Origin: Schmidtea nova
Taxonomy: Eukaryota
Length of the DNA: 64,000 nucleotides
NCBI GenBank assembly: GCA_044892505.1
Contig: CM097882.1
Span: 461,528,001-461,592,000 of the forward strand
Direction: 5' to 3'
The stretch's first letter is position 1; each line of letters starts with the position of its first letter. A model generated the notes under the pieces. That model was not told where the DNA came from. It saw nothing but the letters and a program-made list of their open reading frames with translations, and made no database searches. Shown here piece by piece: positions 35,295-48,833 of this stretch. A program made the position numbers and the translations under genes.

Positions 35295-37150
35295 TAGTGG
35301 CCAGAGGATTTTTGAAAAAAAACGGACATTTTCAAGAAAAAAACGGACATTTACATAAAATGATAAAATGCAACAGTTATATAATGAAATAGTATATTTT
35401 AAACTCCAAAAGTTAACAACGGTTTATTAAGTCTTTATTTTTTTAAGTATTTTTCACTTGAAATTACATTATTTAAAAAGTCATGATCATTTTTTATACG
35501 CTTGTAGAACTAAATACAATTCATTTTGCTATTGTATTGAATAGAGAGGATATCATTTACAGTACTTGGATCTAAACGACGTTTATCATCATCCCATACA
35601 TTGTTCATAAGAGAAAAGATTCGTTCAACTTCAGTAGACTTACCAGAAAGACAGAATGCAAATTCAGCCAGTTTTTCCATGTTGACCAAACACGTTGAAT
35701 TTTCACGAAAATAAGTGAAAATTTTTACCCATATATTTTCAGGAGATAGTTTGGAATCCAGCCAACTCGATAAGTTATTTTCAGCATAGTTCTTCAATAG
35801 GCAAAACTCATCAAACATCAAATCTCTATCAACTAATTCATTGAATTTTTCTCCGAACTTTTCCGTAGCATGATCAATTGATTTTTCAATGTCATCCCAT
35901 GCTGGAGAATTATACATTATCATCCACATAAAAGCCTGTGTTTCCTCCAGTGCATTTTCCCATATACTCAAGTAATTTAATATAACCTCACAGAACTCAG
36001 CGACCTTAACTTTTGCTTCATTTTGGGTACGTTCATCAAGATTTTGAAATTCCAAAAGTGATTCTCTGGGTAATAATTTGAATGCGTGGATTCTGACGTT
36101 ATTAAAATAATTTTTAAAGCAAAATAATAAATTTAAATATGTTTCCGAAAAATTGTTTTTAACAATAGATTTAACGCCATTATCGAGCGGAACATACAGG
36201 GCCAGTTCTGGGTACCCAGCCGCCCATGTGCAAGTGAACTTTTTGCGGCCCTCTTATTTCGTTAAAAGAAATTTGGGAAAATACAAAAATATTCATATGT
36301 CATATAGGACTCAACCGTCATAAAAATTGGTAAATATTTGTCTCTATTATAGTTATCTAATATCAGCTTCTCTTTGTAATGCGTACATAGCCAAAAACAA
36401 TATGCATTCAGAAAAAAAACATTTTATAGCTCGATTCCTTCGCAGATTCATAGACAGTATTCGGATCCAGGTTAAATCGTTATTCGAAATTGAGATTTTG
36501 TTCAATCGGCCGCCTCTAAAAATTAGCCACCCACGTGCGTCGCGCGTGTCCACCCCCTCCCTCGCCAGGACCGGCCCTGGTAACATATTATAGCTTGAAC
36601 TGAAAGGCACAAAAATTCATTCAAAATTGAAGAGCGTATTAGGATCAGAGATTTTTTTAAAGAAAAATCCATGAGAACATTTAGCTCTCAGATTGATCGT
36701 TTGCGTCATATTTTTTCCGATTTTATTAGTTATCTTGCATATTTTCTAGTCTGAAGTAATTTATGTCTTAATATGTAATATAATTTGTAATATGTAGCTC
36801 TCCAATCGAAATGAGGATAATTCTTGAACATAAAACTTAGTTTTAAAATATCTTAAAACATTAAAGTATGGAAGTCAAGAACCTTTTCTAACAACCATAA
36901 CGATGTTGGCACGCACCGCCAGTTAAGAATCACTAATCTAAATCATTTCGAAATAGAAGCCTTGAAAGCGAACGAATTTTATCCCTATCGTTTTCGGATA
37001 ACAAGAATAAGTTTTTGAATGTTTTTTCAGGATCCCAGATCGATGTCGATCCCACAGAAGACGTGTACATCTTTTTGTATAATTCCAAAAAACTAATTAT
37101 TTTGGTAAGGGTTTATTGGAATTGACCAGACCAAGTCTAATAGCAAAGGA
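35295..37150 (-). mobile_element. Degenerate hAT element (C-terminal ORF 35510-36055) interrupted by a MITE
   Basis: LAEFAFCLSGKSTEVERIFSLMNNVWDDDKRRL (hATC domain); subterminal AAAAAAACGGACATTT repeats. Upstream boundary approximate. Confidence 0.7.
36197..36579. mobile_element. hAT (Tip100-type) MITE, 383 bp
   Basis: TIR CAGGGCCAGTTCTGG / CCAGGACCGGCCCTG; TSD GGAACATA/GTAACATA. Confidence 0.85.
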
Positions 37151-37485
37151 AATTGGGGAGTATTAGTTATTAATTTCTGTTATGACTAAAATGTGCCATA
37201 TTTGAATAAAAAATTAATTAAAAAATTTTTATTGATTATTAATAAAAAAATTTATAAAATAATTGTAAACCATGGAACATAACCTTTATGTATATTCTTA
37301 TTTTACGTATTTGAAAGTTCATTACACGTATGGCCGACTAGCGCACCTATTGTTAGAGTCTGATTGAGAAAGATTAATGAATACAAAGCCTTGTAAGTCA
37401 CAAAAGGTCAACAATGATGACGATAAGAACCATAGAAAGCTTAGAGTCGTAGTCAAAAGTGAGAAGTCTACTCAATACTTAGTAC

Positions 37486-39948
37486 CAGTGGCGTAGCCAG
37501 AAATTTCGGAGGGGGGGGTGCAAAATATTTTTTCATCCGAAAAACACTAGGAATTCTTAATAAATTTTTGCCTTCAAAACCCTAGCAATTTCAAATAAAT
37601 TTCTTATGTATCTCTAAACTCAGCAATAACATTTATTCTTGATCTAAGGAATTCACACATCAAGTTGACGTTTTCCTTTGCGGAACTCGTATATAAATTC
37701 TTCAAACAAAACTTCGGTATCACGATGAATGCTCAGAAACATTAGTCCATTGAGTCTTTCCTCTCCTGTCGTGTTTCTGTCGTCCGTTTTAAGTTGTTTC
37801 ATTTTGCTGAAAGAGCGTTCGACGTCAGCGGTTGTTACAGGAGTCACATTATAGATTTTCAGTAATTGGAACACGTTAGGAAACATATCTTGAGGGCATG
37901 TTTTTAGGTGGTCCATCGCAGTTTGTGGTTTTACAGTTGCATTTACCAGTCTTTTCTGCCACATCTCAATTTCACCGAAAAACAACTGCAGTGATCCGTT
38001 CAAATCTTCTGTGTAGAAATGGTAAAGTTGCTGAAGACTATTCTGAACTTCGCCGTTTAACAGCCACTCAGGGTTTAACATAAGATTTTTGAAATTTGCT
38101 AGCACTGCGTTTTCTCGAAATTTTTCTTTGAGTTCTCGACTAATTGAATTCAACAGCGGGGTGAACAGGAAACTTAAATAAAATTCTACAGGCTGCTGGT
38201 TCATTCCATCCAATCTCGACCTTCCTCTATTTTTCGGCAATGAAATTTCAATTTCAAAGCAAGATGCAACATCAGATGTTTCTTTGAATAAGGTTTCAAA
38301 GTTTTCTTTACTATTCTGCCTAACCGTCTCAAGCTTTTCGATGAGATCATTGGCCGATGAAATAGCAGTGCTATAATCTATTGAAGGCGATTGCAGAAGC
38401 CGACTTAACGGAAGGGTAAAAGTGAACACGAATTTTAATGTGACAAGAGAGATAATGAAGTCGAAAGTCGACACTGTGTTGAGGAGGCTTTGAGCTTTCG
38501 CAGTATCTTCGTTGTTACTCCATTCTGCAATTACACTCAAAACGTCAATTGTTGGTTCGAGAAGTTCGAAGAAAGTGTTGACTGCTTCGTGACGTTCAAC
38601 CCAGCGCGTTTCGCAAGTGTTCTTTAACTTTCTCCTAGCAGTTTCCGGTGTTGTTTTATCGATAGATTTGCCAAATTCAACTTGTTTTTTCGGTGAGTTT
38701 AAGAAGTTGTAGATACTTTTAATTGTGCTAAGACACAGAGTTATCTGCTTTACTTTGCAGCTTTCTCCAATGACCAAGTTCAATCGATGACTGAAGCAAT
38801 GTACGTAAGTAACTAAAGGAAATTGATGGCGAACTATTGCCGAAACGCCTGATTTCTCTCCACTCATCACTCTTGCTCCATCTAAGCCAATTCCTCGACA
38901 CTTTTCCATTCGTAGCTTCATCGTTTTTGCTCCGCTTAACAATGAGTCAGTAAGTCCTTTGGCAGTGACATCGCCCAAATCTGTGAGCATTAAAAACGCT
39001 TCAACAATATTTCCGTCATCAATGTCGGTGAAACGGAGTCCAATCGACATTTGTTCTATTCCGGAAACATCCGATGACTCGTCGACAAGAATAGAGAAGA
39101 ATTCGGACTTTTTCACTTTCTGAAGAAGCTTCGACACCGCAATCTCATTCATCATGACGATTATTTCGTTCTGCATTGTACTACTTAAGTAGATAGCATT
39201 TTTCGGCGAACTTTCTAATGCATTCCGGAAACACTCGTCCCTCGAAGCAAGAAGTCTAATCAGATTTCTGAAGTTTCCGCAGTAAAGTCCACCTCCTGCA
39301 ACCGAGTAAATCAGCCAATCAAACTCGCCCAACCAGCGATAACTAAATTTCCGCTTCATTGAACCTTTCATTACTGTTGTGAAACTGAAGTGAGGTGGAG
39401 GATTCTTAAGCTTGCACAAAGCATTTATTTTTTCGTTGTCATTTAATTGAGATTGCCGATAAGACTCTATATCATCATCTGGGTTTTGACAAGTGCTGCG
39501 TTCCTCGTTTTGTTCATTTTCTTCCTCTTTGTCAGCCACTGGTAACTCGACGTTATGTTCAGAATCGTTTTTCGCTGTAACAACCCTTGGTGTCTTAGCA
39601 AAAAAACTGGAAAGCGAACTTTGATGATGTCTTTTCATAGCTTTAAATCAATTAAATAATTAAATATTCAATACAAGTGAAGACAGAAAATATAGTTACT
39701 GTTTGCTAAACAATGACGAAATATGAGACTAATTTAATCGAAAACTAGCTTAATATTGTACAATTATGAGGCTCTTATTGAACTTTGAAAATTTGAATAG
39801 GTGAAATCCGTTAGGACAATCATCAACCTCAAAAATTTCAGAAGTTTCTTAGCTCAATTTAATGTCTTATTAAAGAAGAGTTTTGCCAAAACCCTAGCGA
39901 TTTCAATCAGTTCGTCTGGAAAGCAAGGGTGGAAAGGCTACGCGCCTG
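37486..39948 (-). mobile_element. hAT (Tip100/ZMYM1/THAP12-like) transposon, 2463 bp
   Basis: TIR CAGTGGCGTAGCC / GGCTACGCGCCTG; 8-bp TSD CTTAGTAC/CTTAGGAC. Confidence 0.92.
37653..39638 (-). CDS. hAT transposase, 661-aa open frame with apparent in-frame internal deletion
   Basis: FSILVDESSDVSGIEQM, GLDGARVMSG, VHCFSHRLNL, CETRWVERH, PVTTADVERSFSKMK; TTF-type zinc finger cut after WLIYSVAGGGLYC. Confidence 0.88.
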   Translation of the reverse strand: MKRHHQSSLSSFFAKTPRVVTAKNDSEHNVELPVADKEEENEQNEERSTCQNPDDDIESYRQSQLNDNEKINALCKLKNPPPHFSFTTVMKGSMKRKFSYRWLGEFDWLIYSVAGGGLYCGNFRNLIRLLASRDECFRNALESSPKNAIYLSSTMQNEIIVMMNEIAVSKLLQKVKKSEFFSILVDESSDVSGIEQMSIGLRFTDIDDGNIVEAFLMLTDLGDVTAKGLTDSLLSGAKTMKLRMEKCRGIGLDGARVMSGEKSGVSAIVRHQFPLVTYVHCFSHRLNLVIGESCKVKQITLCLSTIKSIYNFLNSPKKQVEFGKSIDKTTPETARRKLKNTCETRWVERHEAVNTFFELLEPTIDVLSVIAEWSNNEDTAKAQSLLNTVSTFDFIISLVTLKFVFTFTLPLSRLLQSPSIDYSTAISSANDLIEKLETVRQNSKENFETLFKETSDVASCFEIEISLPKNRGRSRLDGMNQQPVEFYLSFLFTPLLNSISRELKEKFRENAVLANFKNLMLNPEWLLNGEVQNSLQQLYHFYTEDLNGSLQLFFGEIEMWQKRLVNATVKPQTAMDHLKTCPQDMFPNVFQLLKIYNVTPVTTADVERSFSKMKQLKTDDRNTTGEERLNGLMFLSIHRDTEVLFEEFIYEFRKGKRQLDV

Positions 39949-40999
39949 CTTAGGACCAACAAATTTCCAAATCTTTCAGAACATCCCCCCTTTCATCTTA
40001 ATCATGAAAATTGTTGCATTCCGTTCAATGTTTATAACAATATAAATTTTTAAATATTGTGATCACTTAAATGCGAAACTTCTTTTGAGCATTAACATCT
40101 CTTATTTTCATCATTGATCTTTTCGTTTCTATTTCAGAAATTTTCATTTTATTTAAAAAGATAAGATCAATATTTTTTATATAAAGTAACTTTATAAATA
40201 AATTCCTGATCTACTCTTTTAATAAAATAATGAAAATATTTTATTTAATTTCAACTTTCTAACGGTAACGGGTGCTTCGTGTTTCCGGACGAGGGTTGTG
40301 GTGAAGGGCAATCCGTTTGGCTGATTCATTGTTTTCAACGCCGAATTTACTTTTTATATTTGTTTGTTTGGTTGCATCAGAGTATGGAAAACACTGGTTT
40401 ATAAGATAAATTAATTACATAACACGTTACTACCAGGTCACCACGGTGTACCCTGACAAAGATATAAAAAAACTATAAATTGATGATGATTATTGCGTTA
40501 GTCTGATTCCATAATGTATATACAGTTAACAACGTTTTTTGTTATTGAGATTTATTGTTCTTTAATTGTTTAAGGAATGTTTTTGTAAATTGGAAGAGGA
40601 AAATAGTATGAGTTTATTATCGAAAACTAACTTTACCAACTTACTTTACAACCTTCACAAGTTAAAGATCCGAAATGAAACCCTGAAGATTTCCCTCCAC
40701 AAACACGACACGGAATTTGTGATATGTCAATATTGGATTCATTGGATCTCAATCCTGGAAATAGAAAACTATTTGTTAAATGCTTTCATAATTTTAGAAA
40801 TTATTATTGTTTAGCATCAAAAACATCACCAAGAGGGTAAGGTGGACTAAGCCCTGCTCATTAAACTGTACATAATAAAGTTTGCATCGAGAGTTTAATG
40901 AGTTATAAGTATGAACAGTCTAAACGAATAAAACTTTATCTGACCACTCAACCTTAGTGGAAGATATTATTTATGATCTGACACCATCAAGTCGGCATT

Positions 41000-43900
41000 T
41001 TGGATTGCATGAAGAGATTATTCTCGAGAATTTCGAGAATAAAACGAAAACCTGGTATATGTATTCACTTAATATAAAAATTTAGTTTGCGACAATAACT
41101 TCTCAAACAACTTCAACACACTCAAAAAATATTCTAGTACAATTTTTTCCTGCGTTCTACAGTAGAACTTTACTACATTATTTTCTCACTTAACGTATTA
41201 ATAATTGTGAATTTTGACATTTGGTTTATTTCGACGTGTTTTTTGTTCAAATAAATTAATAATCAATTAATTGCATAATTTAAAATAAATTTAAATTCAT
41301 TAAACGTTTTTTCATAGTTTTCTAAACTGTATTTGCCGTTTAACGTTGTCTACCATAGTATTAGTAAGTGCAGTTTTCATTATGGTGTTTTCTAAGGCAG
41401 ATTTCAATTATTTAATGGAAATATATTTTTATACTCCTAAAATGAACAACTACTATAGCGATTGTTGGAAGTATTTTAAAAAGGAAAACATGGATACAGT
41501 GACGTGCAATATTTGCTGCAAACAAATATCATGCAAAATCTCTTCCACGACAGGTTTGCATCGACATTTGCAACATCCTCATTCAATGAGTCGAACCGTA
41601 AAGGACAACCAACATTTAAATCGAGGAAAAACTGCAGCAAAACAGGATTAGAGGACACATCGTATAAACTGGCAGCGAAAGATGGACTCACCATGTCTCA
41701 AATAGCTAAAAGTGAATAGCTAAAAAGCAGTATAAAAGCGCTGGGATTTACTTTATCAAAGCAACCGAGAGATATTGGTGATTTCTGTTTTATGTGATTG
41801 TCGCGTCTGTGTGCGCATATATATGGGTATCTATTGCCTCTCGCGTCTGTGTGCGCGTTGATATTTTTTTATGAATTACTGCGTCTGTGTGCGCATATTT
41901 TTTGGCTGCCTATCGCGTCTGTGTGCGTCTTATTATGTTTTTTGTTCTCGCGTCTGTGTGCGCGTTTCTAGTTTTTTAGGATTTATAAGCGTCTGTGCGC
42001 TCGTTTTGGTTGCGATTTTTATTTGAGGTTTTACTGGATTTCTGGAGATTTGTTTGATTAATCCAATTTGGTAAATTTGGATTTGGATTTTTTCGAATTT
42101 TGCTAATGAATCCAATTTGAACTTTATGGTTTTTGGATTTGAAAAAGATGGCAAAAAATGATTGCAAGGATGTGCGATGGTTCAATGGGAAATGATTTAT
42201 CAAATGAAACCGATATCGGATCGATTGTTACAATACGTCCTTAGAGTTCAACGTTGAAGAGAATATGAAAAAAGCCACCGCAAGTTTCATTCGTAGATGC
42301 CCTGGGAATTATTTCAATTCAAATGAATGTCCTCATTATCTTCGTGACTTAAATAAGACAATCGCGTTAATGTTTTCGCGTGTCTCTGACGATAATCCAC
42401 CTGAAGATCGCTTCAAAGTCTATTAAAATGGAAATTTCCGTAGATTATTGGCAAAAGAAAATCTGCTGCGATCGCTATTTTCTCATCATCAGTTTATATC
42501 GTTTTATATATACAGTTCTGGCATTAGGTGGTTCGGTCTCATATTGGTGAAGAAGCATTATCTGCAACAATTTACATTGTTTGGATGGACTCATGTGACA
42601 CTGCCAATAATAGGCGCTTCTTCGCATTTGATGACTGACAATTTATTCAATGGAATTATGTGGTTTTCAATTACAGTTTCTATGAATTTATGTAATGATA
42701 TTATGGCATAAATGGTTGGGTTTTTCGTCGGAAGTAGTCCGCTAATTAAATTTTTTTCATTGGGTTTTGATTATCTTTTCTCTCAAGCCGTGATCAACTG
42801 GCCTGGATCAAACAGATATAATGAAGCTAATTAGCGAATTTGTTGAAGAAATTAAAGCCGATACAAACAATAAAAGAAAATTGCAGAACAAGAAAGCTAG
42901 TGTTTCGTTTGACGAAGATATTTGACCGTAGATATTTGAGTATCCATATGTATTATAGTGATGGAGATTCTGACAGCCTAAGTTTAGTTATAATTATTGG
43001 TAGTTGCACATCAGAAATATTATTACAAATGGTTGGAGATAAACACAAGGTGTTTGGGTTGAATATAGCAAAAGATGTTGTGGTAATAACAAGCGATAGA
43101 GCTAACGTAATGCTAAAATTTTGTAGATTATCACCGGGCTATTCGCAGCTATGTAACAATCACGCAATACAGCTGGCATTTATGTCTGTTTTTTACAATA
43201 GGAAAACGAGAGAAATAGATCAGGAACATTTAAATGATATTGACAATAAAACTCAAGAGATTGATCACGAAAATTACAACAACAACCACAGACTAGAAGA
43301 ATCAAATGAAGACGAGGATTATGAAGTTGAATTCGTCGAAGAGTATTCTCTTATTAATGATCTGCATGTTAATGGAACAATAAAATAAATTCGTAAAATA
43401 GTAACACTTTTTTAAAAGATCACCGATAAAAATTCCATTCTGCAAAAATATATAATAGATGCAGAAAAAAGGAATTGTCATTGCTTTTAGATTGTCGCAC
43501 GCCGTGGAGTAGTTATCCTGCGGGCCATTGATCCCATTATTGATTATATTTAATTCCAAAAGCGTTGTTGGAATTAAATATAACCAATCTCTGGGGACCT
43601 GAGAACACCCATGCAGCCAAATCTATTCTTAACGAATTGAGCCCAGTAAAATTTTCTGTTGAAGTTTTCAGCCGCAAAGATACTAATGTTCTTACCACCG
43701 AAGGAATATTACATTTTCTATTTAATACACTTCAAGCTGAAACTTTAGTATTAAGCAAAAAGCTCTTAGATAGAACTAAAGATTCAGATTTCTAAGAGAA
43801 GAAATAAGTTGCTGGTTTCATTAATTAAGTTCCTTCAAAATCCAAACCATTTACGGGAGCAAGACGATGAGTTCTTCAAATTTGCGTCAAAAACGGATAT

Positions 43901-44503
43901 GATGAAATTTACTAAAACTTATATGCGAAGATTGTTCCAGAATAATGAGCCAAATCAAGCGGAATTTGCCAACTCCGACTCTCTGCCCTTGTCGTTGTAA
44001 CTAACAACAATTCCGATAATAAACAAACAACAAGTTTAGAACAACAATTAGAAGAATCGCTACAAGCGAGTTTGAAAAAACCCGAACCAGCCGGAAACAA
44101 TATTCTATCGTTAGCCAGAGAATTTAATATGTTTCAAGCAACGGGCGAACTGGTAATTAATATGGAAATTTTGAAATCTGCGTTGAAAAAAATAAAGCCT
44201 ACGCCAAAACAAAACGAAATGAATTTTTTATATCAGACCATATTGGCTCTAAAGGAAGAACGCAACTTAAGGATTCTTCGATAAACAGTTTATGGTTTTT
44301 ATTATATTTTAATAATATAAATAATAATGTAATAAATTATAATTATGTATAATTTTTATAATAATTAATTAATAATGAATTTATAAAATAAAATAAAATG
44401 TTGTTCTTTTTGTAAAGTTAGTTCTTCTCGAGAATTCTCGAGAACAGTAAAAATAATTCTCGATTTCTCGAGAACGAAAAACAGTCGGGAATCGCATATC
44501 TGT
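41000..44503 (+). mobile_element. Degenerate hAT (hobo/ZBED-type) element with a 1-kb insertion
   Basis: BED finger CWKYF..VTCNICCKQISC..STTGLHRHL, ITSDRANVM, CNNHAIQLA; TTCTCGAGAA subterminal repeats at both ends; many stops. Confidence 0.8.
41777..42811 (+). mobile_element. Probable Mutator-like non-autonomous insertion with terminal motif array
   Basis: Splits the hAT frame (..KQPRDI | MKLISEF..); degenerate 9-bp TSD AGAGATATT/ACAGATATA; six GCGTCTGTGTGCG motifs at the left end. Confidence 0.5.
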
Positions 44504-44769
44504 AATTGAATGTTATAAATTGAAATCGCCTAAAATAGGTTAGTTGAAGTTATTATTCGTGGGTTCCTTGTTCTGGGGGAAACTTATCAAACTAACATTT
44601 AGGCTTTCTAGATAAAATATTGTAACTTATTTTTATCAGTAAATTTAAATCTTTTTTTCTTAAACGTTATGAAAAATATTATTATTTAACATATTGACTG
44701 TTGTGCTGATCACAAATCACCAACGTTTATATTCCTAGTTGGTCTGGGGTTGTAGTTATTCATTTAGAG

Positions 44770-45050
44770 ACTTATTGTAAACCACCTTAAAAGGACTTAA
44801 GAGGCCAGAACTTTGCTTCCAAAAAAAAATTTGAAAGATGCAGTGATGAAATTTTTCATTGAAAAATCTTCAGATTTCTTCAAAATCGCCTTCCTAGACT
44901 TAGACAACCGCTAGAAAAATGTATCGATGTAAAAGGAGTTTATTTTGAGAAATAAAACCTATTACTTGCTTGTCATGGAAAAAATAAATTCGTTGTGTTT
45001 GGAAATTCCTCTCTATGTGATTCTCACTATTTATTGAGCATACAACGTAT
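44770..45050 (+). mobile_element. Mariner 3' end remnant (same family as 15320-16090)
   Basis: NHLKRT*EARTLLP...TTTTGAGAAATAAAACCT(A/G)TTACT shared with 15830-16090; ends in TA. Confidence 0.65.
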
Positions 45051-45109
45051 TCATGTGTGTATTTTTATATAAAAGCACGACTTTGATAAAAAGGTAAAAA
45101 TCATAAAAA

Positions 45110-47283
45110 CTGTGCGCTGTACATTTTTTTGACAGGGGTGATAGGTAAATTTTAGCCAAATCTAAAAATCAGGTTTTACTGGGTAACAATTTTTCTTGAC
45201 CTATTTGTTGAATTTCATCAATGAAAAAAATTGTTCACAAAGATAGGTGCTTCCAAACATTGCAATAATCTTTACTGCCCGAGAATGCAACTTTGGAAAT
45301 CTTTCTTGTTGGAGATATGAATAAAACTCAAGAATTCCAACATCAGAGCACTTTTGTTTTAAAATAGAATCACACTGAAGCTCCACTAATTCCATCTGAA
45401 TTTCCTCTGCCACGGATTCAACATCAACAACAAATGGTGTTGAAAAAGTTGGAACTGTGGTTCAAGAATTTTAAAATCTTTAAATCGTGTCTCAAACTGT
45501 TGAAGGAGTTCGTTAAAAATACCTTGAATAGACTATCAACCAATTGGGTTCAATCTTTTTCAGTGACTTGAGTGTTTGAAAATGAATGTAGTTACCATTG
45601 AAAATTTGTTTGTTCCACAAGTTCAGCTTGATTTTGAATGATTTGATGTGATCACACTTTTGAGTTTTGATCAAATCTTTTCCTTGCAGTTTTGTATACA
45701 GATCATTCAAGTGATCTGTAATATCAGTTAGAAAAGTAAGATTGCTGATGAAATTTGAGTCTGTGAGTTCTGGTACTTCTTTGATTTTTTATTTTCATGA
45801 ATGAGTCGATCTCATCCAAAAGATCAAAAAATCTTCTTAAAACCTTTCCATGACTGAGCCACCTTACCTCAGTGTGATATAAAAGTTCACCATGTTGACT
45901 ACTTTTGGTAAGAAGGAAAGAAGAAAATTGTCGGTGGTTTACACCTCTTGATCTAATAAAATTAACTGTTTTTCCCACAATTTCCATTATTTCTTTCATT
46001 TTAATATTTTTTCCACACAGAGCTTCTTGATGCAAAATGCAATGAATGCTGGTAAAGTTGTTGCCGTGAGAATTGAGGATTTGAAGTTTGTTTTTAAGTA
46101 GACCAACAACTCCAACTTTTTCTGAAAGCATTGCTGGAGCACCATCTGTTGCAAGATTAACTAATTTTGACCAAGGTAGCTCAGCTTTAGCAATACACTC
46201 TTCAAGCTTTTGAAAAATATATTTTCCTGTGGTTGTGCCCTTCAAAGGTATTAATTTTAGCAATTCCTCAGTAATCATTAAATGTTTGCCAACACCTCTA
46301 ATGAAAACTGCACATTGGGCTGTGTCAGTTGTGTCTGTGCTCTCATCAATAGCTATGGAATATACTTCAAAAGTATTACCGATATTGACAAGTTGGTTTT
46401 TGTGTCATCTGCTAACTCAGAAATTCGAGCGAAAACTGTATTAGCAGATAGACTTATTCCCTCAAACACTTTCTTCTTTTCAGGGCACATTATTTCGCAA
46501 GTTTGTACCATGCATTCTTTAACAAAAAGTCCTTCTGTATATGGTATGGATGCTTTTGCTATCGTTTCACCGAGAACATAGTTTGCATTGACAGAGTCTT
46601 CACTGACTTTATTGCACTTGTAGAAAAAACTTGTTTCTTTTTCAAATGATGATTTGAACTGAATAATTTTCTCTTCTCTTAATTTTCCATGGAATTTGTT
46701 GAATTTGTTGCCCTGAAGTATGTTATAGTGACTAAGATTGAATTCTTTTGATACTGCAATTGTTTGCTGACAAATAAGACACACAATTCGGTACTTTGTT
46801 TCAATAAAAAAATACATATTTTCCCACTTGTCTTGAAACTCTCTGTTTTCATCTTCAATTTTTCTTTTTAATGCCACCATCTCTATTTCCAACTCAACAT
46901 CCATTATTGATTTATTTTTCATAGGCATTTTATATATAATTTCTTTTTTTTGGAACTGTTGAAAAAAATTGAGTAAAAATTATTGAATACGGATAATTCG
47001 TTAAAATTTACAACAATGATCAATTTTTTATTATAACCTTTGATGATACTTTGTTTGAGTCATATTTTAAACTAAAAATATTATAATTTTCTAAAGTTTT
47101 TCTTTAATAAGCATTAATTAAAAATATTGAAGTCATTCTTTTAATTAAAAAAAAATCAATTAAAAAACTTGATTTTTAACTGCGTCATGCAGTTCTTGTT
47201 ATTTAATTAATTTGAATTTCAAATGATAAACTTTTTTTGGTAACTTATTAAAGTCTTCGCGGACCGCGTGTTTGAGGCGCCTG
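45110..47283 (-). mobile_element. hAT Buster (GTF2IRD2-like) transposon, frameshifted transposase
   Basis: ORFs 46353-46928, 45724-46278, 45513-45710, 45201-45413 with CLICQ, LATDGAPAM, IHCILHQEAL, HTEVRWLS, MFGSTYLCEQFFS; end GCGGACCGCGTGTTTGAGGCGCCTG. Confidence 0.9.
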
Positions 47284-48307
47284 ATTTAACCCTTTGCTAA
47301 TAATCTATAGCTACTACAAATTATACTTTGCGTTTTCAAATAATTTCTATCCATTTAATAATAAGATTTTTATTGCAATTCATCTTTTTTTGTACAAAAT
47401 AAATACTTATATAGTCCCTTTCTAAAACGAATAGCCCTTTTAAATAAAATTCTGACTTGAACTATTACATATAGTTGTATTTTTTGTACTAAATGATTAA
47501 ATCTAAATACATACTTAGATTATAGAAACAAAATATTACTATTTGCATTTGTATTTTAAAAGTTTCACCCAAAAATATTCAAAATTCATAAATATATATA
47601 TAAATACATTTGTTATAATCATGTGTCAAATTTTAATTAAATTTCTTATCATTCAAAAGAGAACAATTTCATGTTGTCACGAATTCATGACGACACCCCC
47701 AGCATGGCCATGAATTATTACCATCAGATTTCCACATGAAAAACATGATAAGCATTCTTTATTACGTTATAGCATGACCATGTTGGTTTCAATCACTGAA
47801 TTGGCGGTTGCGGTTTCAATAATGTCGGTAGCAGATAATATTTTGTTAATTTCGATGATAATTTGATAACGCATGTTGTGTTCAAAAAATATAATTAAAT
47901 TTTAATTAATGTGTATAAATTAATCATTTTAAAAATTTTTAGCTAACAAATTTGACTCAACCCTGTTGATCAGGGCCTACCCTTACTGGTTTTCCTGGGA
48001 TGTATGAGAGAAACAAACTGCGAGTTAGAAAATAAATTCATATAAAAGTATTAAAAACAATTTCTATACTTTTAAACATTTATAATTATTACATTATTTT
48101 TTTTTAAAAAAATAAAATATTAAAGAAAAAAAACAAAAAAGAATTAAAAGCGAATTAAATTCACAGGAAGTAAGTATATTATTAACTGCGAGTTAGTTCG
48201 TAATTCAAAAGCGAAAATATTGAATTTAAAATTTTGATTCAAGTCTAAAAAACGGTCAATTGACATCCCTGGTAAGTTTAGTGTTAATATATCCTTATCT
48301 CGTAAAT

Positions 48308-48427
48308 CAGGGGTAGCCAACCTGCGGCCAGCCTTGAACACATTTCTGGCCCGCGGGATTCATCACACTTTACAAAATATATAAAAAACATAATTTAAAT
48401 ATTCTAATTAGTTTTATTTAATCTTAC

Positions 48428-48477
<50 letters not shown>

Positions 48478-48833
48478 ATACATACTATAAAGTACAATAT
48501 TTAAAGTAATTACATTATATAAAACAATTATTTATTTATTTGAAATAATTATTTATTTGCCTGAGAAACCCTGTATATCAATAAACAAATATTTTTCATG
48601 ACATTGTCGGTAGTATGAAGTATGACTGCAAAGAAAAGAAGAATAGTGTACGAAATAGTATCATTATTATTATATTATCTATGTTTACATGTAAGTTATA
48701 ATAGTAAACACAATAATAATAAATCATTATATTTCCATTTTTCACTCCAAAAAATGTTTAGTGTAGCTAAATATAATATGGTGATATATAATTTTACATG
48801 TGAACCGCAGAACATTTGTGTTGGCCACCCATG
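48308..48833. mobile_element. hAT Buster MITE with internal (TA)n
   Basis: TIR CAGGGGTAGCCAAC / GTTGGCCACCCATG; TSD TCGTAAAT/TTGTAAAT. Confidence 0.8.

Noticed and set aside
7055-39638. Programmed mechanism behind three in-frame deletions (Merlin, PSMA4, hAT)
   Set aside because: One third of deletions are in frame by chance and the ORF track preferentially reveals them; no shared junction motif seen.
41801-42000. CRISPR array
   Set aside because: Eukaryotic intron context, repeats only 13-16 bp, irregular period, no cas genes, and located at the end of a TSD-flanked insert.
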